Shown: positions 47,872 through 51,414 of the stretch, one piece after another
How the letters are laid out: each line of letters opens with the position of its first letter
How positions within the stretch are numbered: position 1 is the stretch's first letter
NCBI GenBank assembly: GCA_029557835.1
Contig: JAKQHW010000011.1
Span: 1-51,414 of the forward strand
From: Candidatus Micrarchaeota archaeon
GTDB taxonomy: Archaea; Micrarchaeota; Micrarchaeia; Anstonellales; Bilamarchaeaceae
Length of the DNA: 51,414 nucleotides
Direction: 5' to 3'
Position numbers and translations under genes: made by a program
The notes under the pieces: generated by a model
What the model saw: the letters and a program-made list of their open reading frames with translations, nothing else
The model's database searches: none
Told to the model about the DNA's origin: nothing

Positions 47872-47913
47872 GCCTGGAAAATGCGGGAAACGTTTTTAAA
47901 TGCTGAAGGGACT

Positions 47914-48651
47914 ATGCAAAGCGGTGATGGATTGCTCAAATCAGTAGGGGATGCCCTTGAAAACTTCTCGAGGGACCCCGTCGCGTTCATGGTTCCGACG
48001 CTGCTTTACCCGATTATGATGCTGATAACCCTGGGCGCGTTCTCAGGAGTGATGTTGATAGCGTTCCTGCTCCTCACAGTGCTAAAGCTGGGGGGCGACA
48101 TAACAATATATGCGCTCGGGGCGCTCGGGGCCCTGCTCCTCTTCATTTATTCCATTTTGTCTGCGGGATACAAAGGGGCGATGGTCAGCGAGTACAACAA
48201 CGCGACTGAGCAGAGGGAGGTCGGGCTTTCCCATTATATAAACTACGCGACGGCGAATTGCGGGGCGCTGTTCGTGATTTCGCTTGTGAAGATGGTCGTC
48301 GTAGGCTTTGTCGTAATGCCTTTCATACTCCTCTATTACTTCCTCCTATCCGGACTGTGGGACGGATGGACGTATCTCCTGGGGGCGCTTTGGCTGATGC
48401 TGCTGTTCTTCATGGAGTTCCTGTTCTCCTTCTCTTTCACGGCATACGTTGTCAGGAAGGTTTCTCCGATAACTGCGCTGATAATAGGGTTCAATTTCGT
48501 GAGGGAGAAGAACGTGAAGGCGCTGCTTGTGTATGCCTTCTATGCGCTGGTGTTTGCCACTACGCTCATCCCGATAGTAAACCTGGTCGCATACCCGGTG
48601 TTCTACCCGATAGCGTATACCTCGCTAATCCTCTTCTTTAAGGGCAGATAG
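47914..48651 (+). CDS. polytopic membrane protein, unknown function
   Basis: I trimmed the ORF to the ATG at 47914, because its upstream part is antisense to ribK. It has about six hydrophobic helices. Confidence 0.5.
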   Translation: MQSGDGLLKSVGDALENFSRDPVAFMVPTLLYPIMMLITLGAFSGVMLIAFLLLTVLKLGGDITIYALGALGALLLFIYSILSAGYKGAMVSEYNNATEQREVGLSHYINYATANCGALFVISLVKMVVVGFVVMPFILLYYFLLSGLWDGWTYLLGALWLMLLFFMEFLFSFSFTAYVVRKVSPITALIIGFNFVREKNVKALLVYAFYALVFATTLIPIVNLVAYPVFYPIAYTSLILFFKGR

Positions 48652-49545
48652 CGCCTTCTCCGCGTATACCGCGGCTATTGAGCCGTCTGAAGCTGCGGTG
48701 CTGACCTGCCTGAGGGGGGTGGAACGAACATCGCCGGCAGCATAAACAAGAGGGAGGCTTGTTTCCATCCTTTCATTTGCGGTTATGTAGCCATCCTTGT
48801 CGAGGGCCAGTTCCCCGGAAAGGAAATCCGTGCTCGGCTCCTGGCCCATGAAGAAGAAGACGCCGTCGACATTCAGCTCCTTTTCCTGCCCGGTTTCGTT
48901 GCTGCGGACAATTATTCCCTGGACACGGCCTTTTCCGTTTATGGAAATTATTTCGGAGCCCATTACCTTCTCTATGTTTGGGCGGTCCGCCTGGGCCTGC
49001 ATTGCCTTCTCAGCCCGGAACCTTTCCCTACGATGTATAAGATAGACCTTTGATGCGAATTTGGAGAGGGTAGCCGCCCCGTCCATTGCGGAGTTGCCGC
49101 CCCCAACGACTGCCACCACCTTGCCCTTGAAGAAGGCGGCGTCACAGGTCGCGCAGTAACTTACACCTCTGCCGTGGAGCTCATTCTCCCCGGGTATCCC
49201 GACCTTCTTCTCCTTCGCGCCGCTTGCGATGATGAGGGCCTTGAAGCTTATGTCGCCCTTGGTAGTCTTTGCTATCTTCTTTTCGAAATCAAGCGAGAGC
49301 ACTTCGGCATTTTCGATTATCCTAGCCCCGAACGCCGCCGCATGGTCCGCCATCCTTTTGCCGAGCTCCGGGCCGGAAACTGACCTGTCCCCAGGCCAGT
49401 TCTCTATTTTGGCTATGGCTGCCAGCTGGCCCCCGACCGGACCCCTCTCGAGGACGCAGGTCTTCCTGCCGCCCCTTGCCGCGTAAAGCGCGGCGGTGAG
49501 GCCCGCGGGGCCTGCCCCGATTACGAGTATTTCGCACTCTTCCAT
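48625..49545 (-). CDS. trxB: thioredoxin-disulfide reductase
   Basis: It has the FAD motif VIGAGPAGLTAA, the redox CATCD and the NAD(P)H motif VVGGGNSAMDGA. Confidence 0.9.
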   Translation of the reverse strand: MEECEILVIGAGPAGLTAALYAARGGRKTCVLERGPVGGQLAAIAKIENWPGDRSVSGPELGKRMADHAAAFGARIIENAEVLSLDFEKKIAKTTKGDISFKALIIASGAKEKKVGIPGENELHGRGVSYCATCDAAFFKGKVVAVVGGGNSAMDGAATLSKFASKVYLIHRRERFRAEKAMQAQADRPNIEKVMGSEIISINGKGRVQGIIVRSNETGQEKELNVDGVFFFMGQEPSTDFLSGELALDKDGYITANERMETSLPLVYAAGDVRSTPLRQVSTAASDGSIAAVYAEKALSALKEED

Positions 49546-49555
49546 CTGAACCGCC

Positions 49556-50365
49556 TCAAATCGGGACGCGCCTTCCGGAGGCGTCCCGCCTGTATTTGCC
49601 GAATTCGGATATCTTTTTCACCAGTTCTTTTTTAATTACCGGGCCCTCGGTGCACATCCGTATGCCCAGAGGGTCCACCGAGCACTGGCCGCACACGCCT
49701 ATCCCGCATTTCATGTAGCGCTCAAGGCTGAGTTCGCACGGGATTTTGGACCCGTCTGAGATTTCCACCACCTTTTTCATCATTATCTCCGGGCCGCAGG
49801 TGCAAATTTTGCCGGACTTGTTTTTCTGCAGGGCGGATTTCAGCAGATCCGTGGCAAAGCCCCTGGAGCCCGCCGAGCCATCGTCTGTGGAAACAGCCAC
49901 CTCCGCCCCGGCCTTCTTCATGCGCTCGGTAAAGAACAGCAGGTCCCTGGTTTTGGCGCCCTGCATATAGAAAACCTTCTTCCCTCTTTTCAGCGCCTCA
50001 TCGGCCAGGAAGGCGAGCGGGGCGCAGCCGCACCCCCCTGAAACGAGCAAGAGCGTTTTCTCCTTCCCGAGCGTGAAATGGGTGCCGAACGGGCCCCGGA
50101 ACCCTGCAAGGTCTCCTGCCTTCAGTTTTATCGCGGCTTTCGAGAATTCGCCAACCGCGGAGACGCTCACCCCGAAGCTTTTTCCGTCGCAGAAGGAGAT
50201 GCTCATGGGCTTCTCGCCGATTCCCGGGACCCAGAGCATGACGAACTGGCCGGGCTTGGCCTTGAGCGGGTAATCGAAATAGATTGTTTTTACCGAGGGG
50301 TTCTCCTGCACCGCACGGGAGATTCTAAGCGTTATGATCGGGTCGTGTTTTTCACTCATGCGCAA
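49556..50365 (-). CDS. pyrK: dihydroorotate dehydrogenase (class 1B) electron-transfer subunit
   Basis: It has an FAD/NAD-binding fold and a C-terminal 2Fe-2S motif CGIGVCGQC. It overlaps pyrD. Confidence 0.85.
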   Translation of the reverse strand: MRMSEKHDPIITLRISRAVQENPSVKTIYFDYPLKAKPGQFVMLWVPGIGEKPMSISFCDGKSFGVSVSAVGEFSKAAIKLKAGDLAGFRGPFGTHFTLGKEKTLLLVSGGCGCAPLAFLADEALKRGKKVFYMQGAKTRDLLFFTERMKKAGAEVAVSTDDGSAGSRGFATDLLKSALQKNKSGKICTCGPEIMMKKVVEISDGSKIPCELSLERYMKCGIGVCGQCSVDPLGIRMCTEGPVIKKELVKKISEFGKYRRDASGRRVPI

Positions 50366-51263
50366 TCCCCCTCATCTCCCTTATGGAGGAGAAGCCTTCC
50401 TTCTCCATGAACCCCCGCATCTCCCTGCATACCTTTGAGAATACGTCCATCCCACGGTAATAGACCCCTGAGCCGATTGCGGCCGCAGAGGCGCCGGCCA
50501 TGATTAATTCTATTGCGTCCGCTCCGTTGGTGACGCCGCCTGTGCCTATTACGGGCAGCCCGGTGCCCCTGTATAGGTCATAGACGCATTTTACGGCGAT
50601 GGGCTTTATCGCGGGGCCGGATACGCCCCCGCACTTGTTTGAGAGGACGGGCTTTCTTGCACGTATGTCGATTTGCATTCCCGGGCCGATGGTATTGATG
50701 GCGGTTATGCCGTCAGCGCCCGCGGATTTTACGGCGCAGGCAACTTCCACGAGGTCAGGGGTGTTGGGTGAAAGCTTGACGAAAACCGGGATTTTGGTGT
50801 TCCTTTTCGCGGAACGAACTGCCCATTCGGCGGCTGCCGGGTCGTGCGAGAATGGCTTGCCGAACTCGTGGGAGACGTTCGGGCAGGATATGTTCAGTTC
50901 TATGATGGCTGGGTTCGCCTTGCTGATTTCCTTTGCGAGGGTCCCAAAATTTTCGGCCTTGAATTCGACGATTGAGGCAATCACCGGGGCGCCGGAGTTC
51001 TTAACCGCGTATTCTATCTCCGGGATGGAATCCTTTACGCCTGCGTTGGAAAGGCCCACCGCGTTCATCATGCCCTGCGCATAGGTGATTATCACGGGGT
51101 TGGGGTGGCCCTTGCGCGGCTCCAGGGAAATGGATTTGGAGGTGACCGCGCCTGCGCCGTGCCTCGCAACGTTGCACAGGGAGGCGCCGGAAACGCCCAC
51201 TATTCCGGAAGCGAGGATTGTGGGGTTGGATAGCTTCACCCCTGCGAGTTCGGTCTCCAGCAT
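50352..51263 (-). CDS. pyrD: dihydroorotate dehydrogenase, class 1B catalytic subunit
   Basis: LSNPTILASG, NISCPN, GADGITAINT and IGTGGV are present. I trimmed the ORF to the ATG at 51263. Confidence 0.9.
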   Translation of the reverse strand: MLETELAGVKLSNPTILASGIVGVSGASLCNVARHGAGAVTSKSISLEPRKGHPNPVIITYAQGMMNAVGLSNAGVKDSIPEIEYAVKNSGAPVIASIVEFKAENFGTLAKEISKANPAIIELNISCPNVSHEFGKPFSHDPAAAEWAVRSAKRNTKIPVFVKLSPNTPDLVEVACAVKSAGADGITAINTIGPGMQIDIRARKPVLSNKCGGVSGPAIKPIAVKCVYDLYRGTGLPVIGTGGVTNGADAIELIMAGASAAAIGSGVYYRGMDVFSKVCREMRGFMEKEGFSSIREMRGIAHE

Positions 51264-51352
51264 CAGGAATAATATGTGATAATTATTTATATGGATTTGC
51301 GTGGGGAGGGGAAAACGCAAAAAGAAGAAAAAGGAAAAATAGGTGAAGAGGG

Positions 51353-51414
51353 CTAGTAGTCGCCCTCGCCGCCCATTCCGCCCATGCCGCCAGGGCCGCC
51401 GGGGGGCATTCCAC
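51353..51414 (-). CDS. 3' end of a gene ending ...GMPPGGPGGMGGMGGEGDY* (GGM tail, chaperonin/thermosome-like); rest outside window
   Basis: The minus-strand translation of the last 62 nt gives a Gly-Gly-Met repeat C-terminus typical of chaperonins. Only 19 codons are visible. Confidence 0.35.
   Translation of the reverse strand, partial: GMPPGGPGGMGGMGGEGDY

Noticed and set aside
1-51414. Search for CRISPR arrays, rRNA genes, transposases, integrases or IS termini
   Set aside because: I saw no regularly spaced repeat array, no rRNA-like conserved blocks, and no ORF with transposase or integrase motifs (DDE, or tyrosine recombinase R..H..R..Y) in any frame.

Overview
This is a compact, GC-rich archaeal chromosome segment (roughly 60% GC by eye, not computed). 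Archaeal markers include TBP, Orc1/Cdc6, proteasome beta, aCPSF1, fibrillarin and Nop5, the eL21-Rpo4-DUF655 operon, deoxyhypusine synthase, pyruvoyl arginine decarboxylase and intron-containing tRNAs. I call about 60 protein genes, many joined by ATGA-type or 1-8 nt overlaps, and 7 tRNA genes: Val x3, Lys, Arg, Pro and Met/Ile2, two of them with introns. I saw no rRNA, CRISPR array, transposase or integrase. The reduced Nop5, bacterial-type GAPDH, lipobox proteins and a minimal pilus locus fit a small-genome (DPANN-like) archaeon, but that is inference only. The most unusual signal is noncoding. Four related modules share a G-run, a mini-hairpin, an A-rich box and a G5/C5-closed helix, and two of them carry a two-hairpin insert with compensatory base changes. 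Three modules end 4-8 nt before tRNA genes (Val-UAC, Pro-UGG, Met/Ile2-CAU). The fourth has no tRNA and lies between 25-nt direct repeats that duplicate the 3' ends of two convergent genes. tRNA-Lys is also bracketed by a perfect 15-nt direct repeat. Related G5/C5 hairpins followed by a TCATTTTC tail sit downstream of tRNA-Lys and tRNA-Arg. Other points worth a second look are listed here.
- A ~500-bp AT-rich gene-free region with palindromes and CTGGAAAC repeats lies next to tRNA-Val(GAC).
- That region heads a co-directional cluster containing two orphan proteins (689 and 202 aa) and an Arch_ATPase/DUF234 protein.
- There is a SpoT/Mesh1-type HD hydrolase with an unknown C-terminal domain.
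- Nop5 has its fibrillarin-binding N-terminal domain replaced by an RGG tract and is unlinked to fibrillarin.
- A Pro-repeat protein with a lysine-rich tail has a SepF-like N-terminal amphipathic helix.
- A structured 270-bp intergenic region contains an exact UGAUGA-N12-CUGA and two palindromes.
All calls come from reading the sequence and the ORF translations. No searches were run.
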